From assembly GCF_009914755.1 (NCBI RefSeq), contig NC_060944.1: a stretch of 64,000 nucleotides of DNA, one strand, 5' to 3'. Within the stretch, counting starts at the first letter, position 1; each line of letters begins with the position of its first letter. Made by a program: the position numbers and the translations under genes. Below the pieces are notes generated by a model that saw only the letters and a list, made by a program, of their open reading frames with translations, did no database searches and had not been told where the DNA came from. Shown piece after piece: positions 14,828-28,699 of the stretch. The DNA comes from the human T2T-CHM13v2.0 reference genome, Homo sapiens.

Positions 14828-16399
14828 AGTTCCCAGTTTTCATGGCCTTGGTCTAGGTGACCATCAGGACCAATTAGTATCTCTGAATTTTAATTATAGA
14901 CTCCTGCGAAGGAGGATCTAATTAATCTGCCTGTCTCTGGTCTAGTCAGCTACAGTTGTGAAGGTGGGTCACATAAGGGTGTTGGAGCTCACCCACTTGT
15001 TGTGGGGGCATGTTTCTCAGGAACTCTGGGCTGGGGAGATATCCTAAATGGTACTTTGGTAGTAGGGGAGAAGGCTATCACCATGAACTTTCTGACTGAG
15101 CCATAAGACTGAATGGGTGGTAGTAGGACAAACCAAAACAACAGATTCATGAGAGGGCAAGTTATTAGTTTAGTTTTGAATCGATTGAATTTGAAGTGCC
15201 TATGGGATATTTATCAACAAATATTTATTAAGTCCTACTTTGTGCCAGATATTGTGCACAGAAGTACCATAATAATCACTAGACATCCAGATATCCAGTA
15301 AGCTTTTGGGTAATAGATCTGGAGTTCAGTTGAGAGGTGTGGGTTAGAATGATTTGATTATATTTAGTGACTTAAGAAGTGTTTAAAATCAGGTTAGTAA
15401 AAGAGAGAGCTTTGAGAACTAAGGTTGTCAGACTGAGGAACACCATCTTTAGGGGGCAGGTAGAGTAAGAGGACCTGTAAAAGAAAATGGTCATAGAAAT
15501 CAGGGAAGAGCAAGGAGAGAAGGGAGTAGTTAGAGGGCTGAATGCTTTCAAAAGGCAGAATGAGTTAAGACTTAGTCATGTCTCTTGGATTTGGCAATCG
15601 AGAGCCCATTGGTTATTTGCTAGTATGGTTTTAGTTGAGTTCTAGGGAGAGAGATAGATTGAAATGGGTTGAGCAGTAACCAGTAGGTGATGAAGTTGTT
15701 TCTGAAGAGTTTTGCAGAGAAGAGAAACTCACCTCACAATAGAAGAGTATAACAGTGCAGCTGCTGTTGAATAACGGGAGATTGAATGCTTAGTAAGTTG
15801 ATTAGAGGTTGGGGGTGGAGTTAAAAACTAAGCTATATTCAGGTATATTCCTAAAAGGAATCTTATTCAGGTGACCTTCATGATGAATACAGATGATCGA
15901 ATGCAGGTTTCTTTCTTTCATTGTCCCCCCAAAAATAATGGGGAAGGGACAAAAATGTAAACACACCTTTTTCCCTAGGAATTACTAAATGTTGCAACAT
16001 TTTTCTCTTACGGAATTTAACTCAGCAGTTCCCCCAGTTTATTGAAAAGTACTGCAGCCTGTTGTTTTGTTTTGTTCTGGTTGCCTTATTTGCAGGCCCC
16101 TAGAACTTTGAGTTGCAAGGCTTAAGGTTTGAGAAGGTGCAACAGACATGAATTTTTTTTTTCTTCATTAAGAAAGATGATTTGGGTCTTAGTGTATATG
16201 ATTCAGAATTGTTCTAATTCCAGTAATATCCTTTAAAGGGTAAAATTCCAGTAATTCCAGTAATAACTTTTAAAGGGTAAAATTCTAATAAATTCCAGTA
16301 ATTCCAATAATGTCCTTTCTTTAAAGGGTAAAAATAGTGATGAGTGGAAATAGACTTTCAGTTAACTATGTAGCAAATAATAATTATGAAAACTTTTGA

Positions 16400-16606
<207 letters not shown>

Positions 16607-17028
16607 TAAGCTATCATTCTCTGCTATTATATCAACTGTCTGATTTGGCCTGGTCTGTTGGTGCTTCCTCCCCAGTTTCCTAATGTATCCTGTCCAGTTG
16701 TCTTCATAGTCCAAGAGAACTCAGGCGACATTAAATGAGTGTAGTGTGTCCAAACCCACCTCATCCCTGAAATCCTTCAGTTCTCATTTGTCTGTGGGCT
16801 TGTTGAATCGTTTTTGGCCTGGTCTAGAAGGGTAAGAACAACTCCAACACAGAGGTCTTACCTTTGTAGAGTAGGCCTTACGTTTTAGGTAAAGAAATCA
16901 ATCAATCAACTTCTAGTTTAATTCAGTAACAGTTTAACTTAGAAATATACAATATACAAATACACAATGCTTGGATTTGGAAAAATTGGCATTATATGTA
17001 TTTGGCAGTAGCTAAAAATGTGCTTTAG

Positions 17029-17190
<162 letters not shown>

Positions 17191-17554
17191 TAAAGTTTTT
17201 TTATATCCTATATTCTGTTTTTTGTACTAATTTAAGTCAAATCGAATGTTAAAAATGAAACAGGAGCTTTTTTTATTTTTCAATTCAAGTTATTTCATCA
17301 AGTTATTTCAAGTGAATTAACAAAGTTGACTTGTGATTTTTTTTTTTTGTTCTGTCAGTTTTTCTACCAGTTTTCAAGCAGTTATAGGCTAAGGACATCT
17401 ATTAACATATTGTTAGTGACAGATTCAGCACAGTGGCTAATATTAGACTGAAAGCCTTTCTCATTATACTGATCCGTTCCTCCATCTAGCTGTTCCCACA
17501 TGGGCATCATAAGCTGCAACAGCTGATGTTAAATATTATTTGTTTTTTCCATAG

Positions 17555-17702
17555 GTGGTCCTGGAAGGAAAGTTTAGTAACGATGACAGCTCTTCTTATG
17601 ATAAACCAATAACTTTTCTGTCCCTGAAGTTGAGACTTGTGAATATATTAATAGGTGCCTTGCAAACTGAAACGGACCCCAACAACACCCAAATGATATT
17701 AG
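17555..17702 (+). CDS. RALGAPB: RALGAPB coding exon (VVLEGKFS...NNTQMIL-G)
   Basis: ttccatag|GTG acceptor, G|gtttgt donor; 148 nt. Confidence 0.96.
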
Positions 17703-17924
17703 GTTTGTATTCACACGTTATTTTGTAAGTGAAACCAAAGTACTGTTGACTACAGGCCTGCTGAGGAGGCGGCAGTCGGTAATGGGAGCCTAAACCTAAT
17801 GTAGCTCTACTTACTCTGAATCAGAGGCACAAGTTAGTTTTTTAATGTAAAAAAATTTAAAGCAGTGAGATGAGGGAAGTAAAGTGTTACAGTTGTCTTG
17901 GTTGGTCATTTATTTGTGCTTTTG

Positions 17925-18100
17925 CTTTTCTTTCTCTTCTCCCTTCTCTCCTTTCTCCACTCTTTGCCTCTCCTTCCCATCCCTCTCTTCTTTCCTCCTT
18001 TCTTCCTGCTCTCCTTCCTCCTGCCTCTTTCTCTTCCTCCCGCCTCGTCCTCTTCCTCCTGCCTCTTCCTCTTCTTCTTGCCTCTTCCTCTTACTCCTGC
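17925..18100. repeat. CT-rich polypyrimidine low-complexity tract
   Basis: ~175 bp, almost entirely C/T. Confidence 0.9.
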
Positions 18101-19997
18101 CCATTACTTACAGGTCTCATCAGTCTGCACTTTCGTCCTAGTCCTTTTTTTCTCAAACACATCAGCTAATGATTTCTTCAGAACCTTACTTTATATCCCT
18201 CCTGCTGGGGTGTTCTTTCCCTAGATTTTTGTTTAGCTTTTCTTCATCATCTTCTTAAGAGAGAGCTTCCCTAACAATACTTGCTAAAGATTATCTTATT
18301 TCATCATTTTTTTCACAACACAAAACCTGAAATTATCTTGTTTGCTTAAATGCTTAAACTCCCCGCTTTTTACATGTTTTTCAAAATATATCATAAGGTA
18401 TTTGGTGATTGACAAATCTAGTGTTAGCACTAAGGGACAGTCTTATCTCCCTGAAAATCTTCAGAGAGACCCTGATGAACAGAGGAGCTCTTCTTTTCTT
18501 CCTCTAATCTGATGTTCAAATTGGGTAAACAGCAATGTATTACATTTGAAAGCAAAGGGTTTTCAGTTGTTGCTTCTGTGTCTCAGTGCCACTAAAGTGC
18601 AATCCTGGGTATTGAGATCACCACCCTTGACAGTGGAAGCTCTTAGGAAAGTAGGGCTTTCCTCAGCCACCTAACAGGAGTCCCCACTGAACCATGTGAA
18701 TGCAAATACCATCCCAGCCCACAAACCTGGGTGGCAGTTAGAACTCCCCGCTTATGGAGCAATTGATCTCTGAGGATGACTTGACCTTGGCAGTGGTTAG
18801 AGGCTTTCTTTCTTCTCTTCATTAGCAAGACTAGAATTCAGCTTCTTCCTAGCATCTTAGATTTTTATCTGTTCAAAAGTGGGATCAGACATTCCCTTTA
18901 AGCCCTTATGCCCCCAGAGGAGGTGGGGTGTATGTCCTTCCAACAGGAACACAATCCTTGAAATGGTTTCTAAAAGGCCTCTAAAACTGAGGGACAGATC
19001 CTGAAGAGATGGGTCACAACGGCCAAGAACCATATTTATCCAGAGACACCTAATTAGTAGGTGACTGGAGTTGTCTGTAGCTGGGCAAAAAGTTTTTTAG
19101 GGTTTCGTAAGTCTCAAAAGCCATTAATTGTGGACATGATTTTCTAGACTCACAAATGGAGTTTTTTGCTCTTTACATTCTCAGTTATGATGTATAGCTA
19201 TATTCTTGTTCAGGCTGGGCTTTTAGAGACCTTCTGAAGTTAATGTGGTCAGTCTGACCAAGGTTTGGAACCAGAGTCTACCAGTGGCATTGATAATATC
19301 TCAGATACATTCTGAACACAGAGGGTGGTTTATGTGGAGGGGGATGTTTTGATATGTGAGAACCTCCAAGTTACAATGTTTTAGGTTATTTAAATAACAT
19401 AATTTTGCTTGAAATTATATAATTTCTACGATTGAAGCAGTATTTGGTTTTGTTACACCCTTGCTCTGAGGCACTCCCTATGTACTTTCCAAGGAAGAGT
19501 CAGTTGTTACTCTTGCCATAAAGTGGCAAAGCTCTTTCCATCTTCTCTTTATCCATAGTGGGCAAGAGTACCTCCCACGGGGATGAGAAGCAGTGTGTTA
19601 GGCTCACCATCTCATTTCTGTCCTAGCCTTTCCAGGACAATGGTTTCCTTGATAATAAATAAATGAAGCTTACTTCAGGGTATGCAGATGTCAACAAGCC
19701 CCAGACTGTGTGGCTTTAATCATTCTTAAAAAGCAGTGTGGTCAGAAAGCTATTGCTGTGACTTTATTTTGTAATTTTTGTTTTATTTATTTGTTTCTTT
19801 TTCCCTGTAGAAAAAACAGACAGTAATGTTTGTTTTATTTTTAAGACTAGAACCTAGTTTTGAAAGTATTCCATAATATTTTCCTTAGTTTATATTACCC
19901 TTGAAATTGAGATGCTTACATCTGGTCTTTTACACCAGTTAAAAAATATCTGATAATGAGCATGTTTTTATATAAAGCAAGTTTGACCTTCACATTC

Positions 19998-20659
<662 letters not shown>

Positions 20660-20921
20660 TGACCAATCAGTGGATTTATTAGTAGAGTTGACCCTTGAAC
20701 AACATGGGTGTTAGTGATGCCAATTCCCTGAGTAGTTGAGATCCACATATAACTTTTTGATTCCCTAAAAACTTAACTACTGATAGCCTACTGTTGACCA
20801 GAAACCTTACCCATACCAGTTGATTAACACATATTTTGTATTTTATGCATATTATTAATATATACTGCATTTTTACAATAAAGTATGCTGGAGAAAAGAA
20901 TATTTTATTAAGAAATACATG

Positions 20922-21497
20922 TTGTAATCCCAGCATTTTGGGAAGCTGAGGTGGGTGGCTCACGAGACCACCCTGGCCAGCATGGTGAAACCCTGTATCT
21001 ACTAAAAATACAAAAATTAGCAGGGTGTGATGGCACATGCCTGTAGTCTCAGCTACTTGGGAGGCTGAGATAGGAGAATGTTTGAACACGGGAGGCGGAG
21101 GTTGCAGTGAGCCAAGATCATGCCATTGCACTGCAGCCTGGGCAATAAGAGCGAAACTCCGTCTCAAAAAAAAAAAATAAAATAAAAATAAAAATAAAGC
21201 TTGGGCGTGGTGGCTCATGCCTGTAATCCCAGAACTTTGGGAGGCCGAGGTGGGTGGATCACGAGGTGAGGAGTTCAAGACCAGCCTGGCCAAGATGGTG
21301 AAACCCCGTCTCTACTCAAAATACAAAAAAGAAAAAAAAAATTAGCCAGGCGTGGTGGCAGGCGCCTGTAATTCCAGCTACTCGGAGGCCGAGGCAGAGA
21401 ATTGCTTGAACCCGGGAGGTGGAGGTTGCAGTGAGCCAAGATCACGCTACTGGACTCCAGCCTGGGTGACGGAGTGAGGCTCCATCTCAAAAAAAAG
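20922..21497 (+). mobile_element. Two tandem sense Alus
   Basis: ~20922-21198 (partly deleted) and ~21199-21497. Confidence 0.85.
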
Positions 21498-22064
21498 AAA
21501 ATCATAAGGAAGAGAAAATACATTTACAGTACTGTATTTATTGATACCATAAATTGTCTGTTTATAAGATAAATCGTCTCAACTGTTGGGCAGTTGTAGC
21601 TGTAGACCCCAATCTACAGTACATATCAAGCAACTCAGCTTTTTCTTGTAATGTCATGACTTTTCTCTGCTTCTTGGGAGCACTTCCAGCATCACTAGTG
21701 GCACTTCCTATGGGTCCCATGGCGTTAGTCAAGGTTCATGGTGTTGCAGTAAACATGATGAAAACATGTGAGAACCATGGTATGCAATTTACTGCAGTGT
21801 TCAGTCTGTTAGAGAGATGAACTACTCACATGGAGATGGTTAGCATCACATTGTATTTTAAGCAGCATACTCATTAACACTTGAGCTCACCCCAGTAACA
21901 ACAGGAGGAGGCTACAAAATGATTACAGTAGTGCAGTATGTACTACAGCTAATTTTATACAGTTATTTAATACTACATCTTTGTTTACATTTCTCTGGAC
22001 TGCAAATGGCATCATGTATGGTCTGTAAGTGTTTGTGTACGTAAGTTTTTTGATAAATTTTAGC

Positions 22065-22538
<474 letters not shown>

Positions 22539-22769
22539 ATTTTTTTTTTTTTTTTAATATTTCTAGGCTATGCAGTTTGGGAGTTTTTTCAAATTGTCAC
22601 AGATCTCCAAAAAACTTTCTAACATGTTTATTGAAAAAAACCTGCATATGTACAGTTCAAGCTCTTGTTTAAGAGCCAACTATAATTTCATGGGTATTTC
22701 AGGAATGCTCAACCAAAATTATATTCTTATCTGTACTATTAATCATATAAAATGTCTTACGCATTTTAG

Positions 22770-22931
<162 letters not shown>

Positions 22932-23591
22932 TAAATTATATTCCAGAATGTCCATCTTTGTGAATTTTAAAGGCCTTTGGTTTGTAAATCCTGCTCATTG
23001 GCTCAGAAGTTTTCTTTTTAAAAATAATGTATATTTTGAGGTTTGCTTTTCAGTGCCTCTTCAGCTGTACATCAGGTTCCCGAGATATTCTGTATGAGAG
23101 AAACTACAGCTAAATCCAGTCTTTATTCCTGAACAGTGTCTGCTTAAAACTGTTACTTGTTTTGCTGTGGTGGCAAACTTGGTTGAATAACCTAGGAAAA
23201 GCCCTAGCCAGCAAGCAACTAGTTTAACTTTTTCTTACCCATCAATTCTTTCTAACCCCTCTAGACCTAAGTTTGCAGGTCCCTCAAAGCACCAATGCTT
23301 CCAAATCAAAAATGCTTCTCAGAGACTTCCAGTGCTCTCTGCTTTGTCTTCAAGATATATCATCCCTATACTTGGAGTATAGGCAAGACAATGGAGGGGT
23401 TAATAGGGTATACTGGGGTAAGTTGGGTAGATGTAGTAAGCTGAGTAGATGTAAGATGGGTGATCAAATTATTATTACGGAAATTACATTCGTGTCTCAG
23501 TAGATGGTGAATAATAATTTACTGATCTGAATATAATGAACTGTGTTTATATGGGGAAAAATGAGGGAAGTCTAACAGATAGGTTTATTAG

Positions 23592-24005
<414 letters not shown>

Positions 24006-24378
24006 TTATTCATGCTTTTTAAGCTTATATTTCTGTTCTGAGGTTTTGCTTGGGAGGCACTAGGGTATTCTTTTTAAGGACCTGGAATCTAGTGAAGTCT
24101 AGTAAAGATGAAAAAGCTGGGCCAGCCCTTTGTAAATAGTGGCAAAGAAGACCCCAGTATGGGCACTTGTAGTAGTACAAATCCTTCATACCCTCCAGTA
24201 GATTTGTGTGTGTAAAAATACCACAGTGGTTTTAATCCCTTGTCAATTTCTGTTACTATCAGTTTGTACTATTCAGTTGGCACATTCTGCTTTATCAACA
24301 TGGTTTTTAATGATTGACCTTTATTTATGCTTGTAAACTGTGATGTAATCCTCACTTGATTCATTTTCATTTGACTAG

Positions 24379-24510
<132 letters not shown>

Positions 24511-25462
24511 TAGTCGTGTTTCTTTTGAAATTCAAAGTTTAATAGAATGACTTTAATGCTTACATTTATAAAACAAAAACATTAAAAATGTTAATGTTCA
24601 TGTTTTTTATATACTTAAGTATAATAGAGAGGATGTCAGTCTTAAGAAGCTAAGAAAAAACAAATCTTTTTGATTTAGCTGTATAGCTTTTGGGTAGTAT
24701 ATTAGATTTGGGGTAGTATATTAGGTTTTATAATTGATAGTAATGGGTGATCAGTAAACATTTCTGAATTCTCTACCATGTGTGGTGGTAGAGAACCAAA
24801 TAAGATGTGGACTCTGCCTCAGAGCTCACAGTGTAGTGGCAGAGATGTCCAATAAGCCAGTTATTGCAGTGTGGCAAGGAGGGTAATGGGGGATGGATTA
24901 GATAGCAGCCCAGAGGAGAGCATGTCTTCATGTTAAAACCTGTGTACCCCCTACTGTAGCTCACTAGATTCTTTAGCCCTGAAACATTTTTATTTTCTGC
25001 CCTGCCAAGTAAAACATTTGCCAGCCAAGCATCCTATACAAGGTTGTCCCCTACCTTGGGCAGTTGTTTTATGGATTCTGTGAGTTTGTGGGTACCTTTA
25101 TGTTTTTCTACACAAGTACTAACAGTGTATTAAATCTGTGAGCACTTATCCAGCTAGATTGGAGTGATATCTAGATTCTTAGATGTGAGTTTAATCCTTT
25201 AATCATCTGGAGAGTTCATGAGCCATGTTCATGAGGTTCATGAGGCATGTCATGAGCCATGTTCATGAGTTCATGAATTCATGAGGCATGTTTCTATGGT
25301 TTAAGTTTGCAACAAGTATCCTTGAACATGTCAGATATACATAAAGCCATTATGTGGATATTTGACACATTTAAATATTATATTCGTGAAGAAGTTATTT
25401 AAATTATCTTATTCACTGTGTATGTAGATTTAGGTATTCTATAGGTTGAAAATTATTTTTCA

Positions 25463-25834
<372 letters not shown>

Positions 25835-26033
25835 TCATTACTGCATGTGTTCTAATATAAATGTTTTAAGTGATTATTGTTTGTTTCAGCATTTTGAGCT
25901 GGTGTTAGTGAGCTCTGCTTGTAATGTCGTAAAATATTTTTTACTAAGAAATCCTGATTTGTGTTAGTGTCGCATGAGTGTCTCTCTTTAATGATCATTC
26001 CTTTTTCTGTTGTCACTGCCCTCTTTCTGATAG

Positions 26034-26042
26034 GATCGACAG
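26034..26042 (+). CDS. RALGAPB: Candidate 9-nt RALGAPB microexon GATCGACAG (adds G-S-T)
   Basis: 53-nt AG-free pyrimidine tract with TGC at -17..-15, tag| acceptor, CAG|gtataa donor; phase 1-1, in frame. Confidence 0.7.
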
Positions 26043-26670
26043 GTATAATGTCCCTAAAGCTTCCTTTATAAATTCAGTTTAATTTGTCTTTATTTAATTT
26101 TTCCTAATTTCCTATTAGCTAACTAGTGATTGCTTTTACATATAGATTGGAGCCCAAATAAAAATATGGTGGCTTGGTTATTTAATTTTTTTAGAAGTAT
26201 TAAAGTAATCCTGGAGAATTAAATGTTAAAGTATGTTTGAAAAGGCATTGCATGTGAGTTTTGATGGCTTAAACCCTGTAAGTAATTTCAACAGATGCTT
26301 GCTTCAGAGTAATTCCTAGCATCTGAGGAGGCCGTAAAATTAGAACTTTCCTCTGTAAAGTTTCAAGGAAATAATTGATAGCCTTTTCATCACTCTTTTT
26401 GAAAATGTAGCTATGAGTTGATAATTTAGAAACTTTAAATTACGTTGTTATGAAAATGACACTGAAACTGCCAAATCCCACGGTTGTGTCAAAGTGCGTG
26501 AACCAGGAACTAGAAGCTGCTCTGGTCTAGCACATGTGCCTGTGCACCGTGTAGTCAGGCTTGGCACTCAACCCAGTGGGGTGGGGAGCGTAGCACTGTG
26601 TGGGTGCCCGTCGTTCTCACTGTGGCTGCTGTGGTCTGTGCCTAGTGGATGCTGTGCTTCTCGTTACTAA

Positions 26671-26880
<210 letters not shown>

Positions 26881-27242
26881 TAACCCAACAGCCTTGGGCC
26901 TTGGCTGTTTTTTCTGTATCTCTTAACCCCTTGTGTGGGTATTTTAGTGTTGATCATGCTCAAACATAGTTTATATTATATCCAAAGTGTACAAAATTTA
27001 GCCTCCAAGTGATATTCTATGCAATGAACTTTACTTTTTAAAAATAGGTTCAAAGAGTATGAATGAGATTTTTACCGTTAAATTATAGGAAACATTTCAA
27101 TACTTGCCATTTATTTATTTGCATATAATACTAGAATGCATATTGATTTTGTAAAAAATGATTATCCTAATGTATGCCATTTGGGATTACCTGTGGCTCT
27201 GCCATCCTCCATTATCAGAGATAAGTGAAAACTGGCTACACC

Positions 27243-27533
27243 TTTTTTTTTTTTTTTTTGAGACGGAGTCTTGCTCTGTCGCCCAGTCTGTAGCGTAGTC
27301 GTGCAAACTTGTTGCACTGCAGCCTCCGCTTCCAAGCAATCCCCCTGCCTCAGCCTCCAACTAGCTGGGATTACAGGCATACGCCATCACAGCCAGCTAA
27401 TTTTTGTGTTTTTAGTAGAGATGGGGTTTCACCATGTTGGCCAGGCTGATCTCGAACTTCTGACCTCAGGTGATCCACCCGCCTTGGCCTCCCAAAGTGC
27501 TAGGATTCCAGGTGTGAGCTACTGCACCTGGCC
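27243..27533 (-). mobile_element. AluS-type element
   Basis: Full dimer; TGGCTACAC at both flanks. Confidence 0.9.
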
Positions 27534-27619
27534 TTGGCTACACTTTTTAGATTTCTTTCCCAGCCGTTACTTCAGTTTTTTGGAAACTTAGAACTTGGTG
27601 GTCATTTGTGCTTCTCTAA

Positions 27620-28275
27620 GTGTATTCTTTTGAGATGAAATTTGTGTAATATAAAATTAGCCATTTAAAAGCAAACAATTCAGTGACTGTTGGTACATTC
27701 ACAATGTTGAGCAACTTCTACTTCTAGTTCCAAAATGTTTTTATCATCCCTAAAGGAAACCCCATACCCATGAAGCAGTTTTGCTTCAGTCTCCGCACCC
27801 CCTCCTCTGACAACCACCATTTCATCTCAATGGGTCTACCTATACTGGACATTTCATATAAATGGAATCATACAATGTGTGACCTTTTGTGTCTGGTTTC
27901 TTTCACTAAATGTAATGTTTTTGAGTTTCATTTATGTTGTAGAATGTGTCAGAACTGTATTCCCTTTTATGATTGGATAATATTTCATTGTGTGTATATA
28001 CCCCAGTTTACCCATTTATCACTTGATGGACATTTGGGTTGTTTTAATCTCTAGGCTGTTGTCAGTAGTGCTGCTGTGAACATGTATGTACATGTATTTG
28101 TTTGAATACCAGTTTTCAGTTCTTCGGGTGTACACTAGGAGCAGAATTACTGGGTCATATGGTAACCCTATGTTTAACTTTTTGAGGAACTGCCAAACTG
28201 TTTTTCACAGTGACTGAATCATTTTACATTCCCAGTGTATGAGAGTTTCACTTTCTTTGCATTTTCTCTAACATC
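27620..28275 (-). mobile_element. Old L1M-type 3' fragment
   Basis: Reverse L1 3' motifs (atttcatataaatggaatcatac, tttaactttttgaggaactgccaaac). Confidence 0.75.
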
Positions 28276-28699
28276 TAGGTGTTTTCTTGACAGTAAGATG
28301 AGCAGGATTATCTTACATATAATATATAATTGAGGAAATACGTAAAATATTTTGTGAACAAAGAGCCGATAACCAGGTGCTACTGTCTGGGATGATATGG
28401 TTCAAATCCTTATTTTTCAGTTATGGGAATAGTTGTCAGAGGCTGTGACTTACCTAAGCTGTAAGAAACAAAATAAGCAATAAAACCTAAGGTGTTCTTA
28501 CCACCACTTAGAGCTTACCTCAAAGATCCTCCAGGATGGACATCATAACTTTGCGAGAAGCAGTTACTGGTACAGAAAATAAAAAACAGCCATTTGTGAG
28601 ACATACAGGACCACACTGTCTTTGAGAGCAAGGTACTGTTTCCTGTGACCTTTAGTACACTCAGTAGTAAGCAATAATTAGTCCTAAATGGAGCACTGC

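Noticed and set aside
16216-16333. Repeat-spacer-like pattern reminiscent of a CRISPR array
   Set aside because: Human intron, the spacers are themselves repetitive, and there are no cas genes; it is a degenerate minisatellite.
18400-19400. Possible ERV/LTR-derived segment (also ~50155-50560 and MLT1-like stretches near 8605-9060 and 55330-55820)
   Set aside because: Looks repeat-derived, but I cannot assign family or boundaries reliably without RepeatMasker.
20679-21293. 204-aa minus-strand ORF, the longest in the track
   Set aside because: Made of antisense Alu and Tigger sequence with typical Alu-frame peptides; no gene structure.
24688-24725. Short tandem duplication GGGTAGTATATTAG x2 (similar ones near 10615 and 57221)
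   Set aside because: Ordinary slippage duplications with no sign of function.
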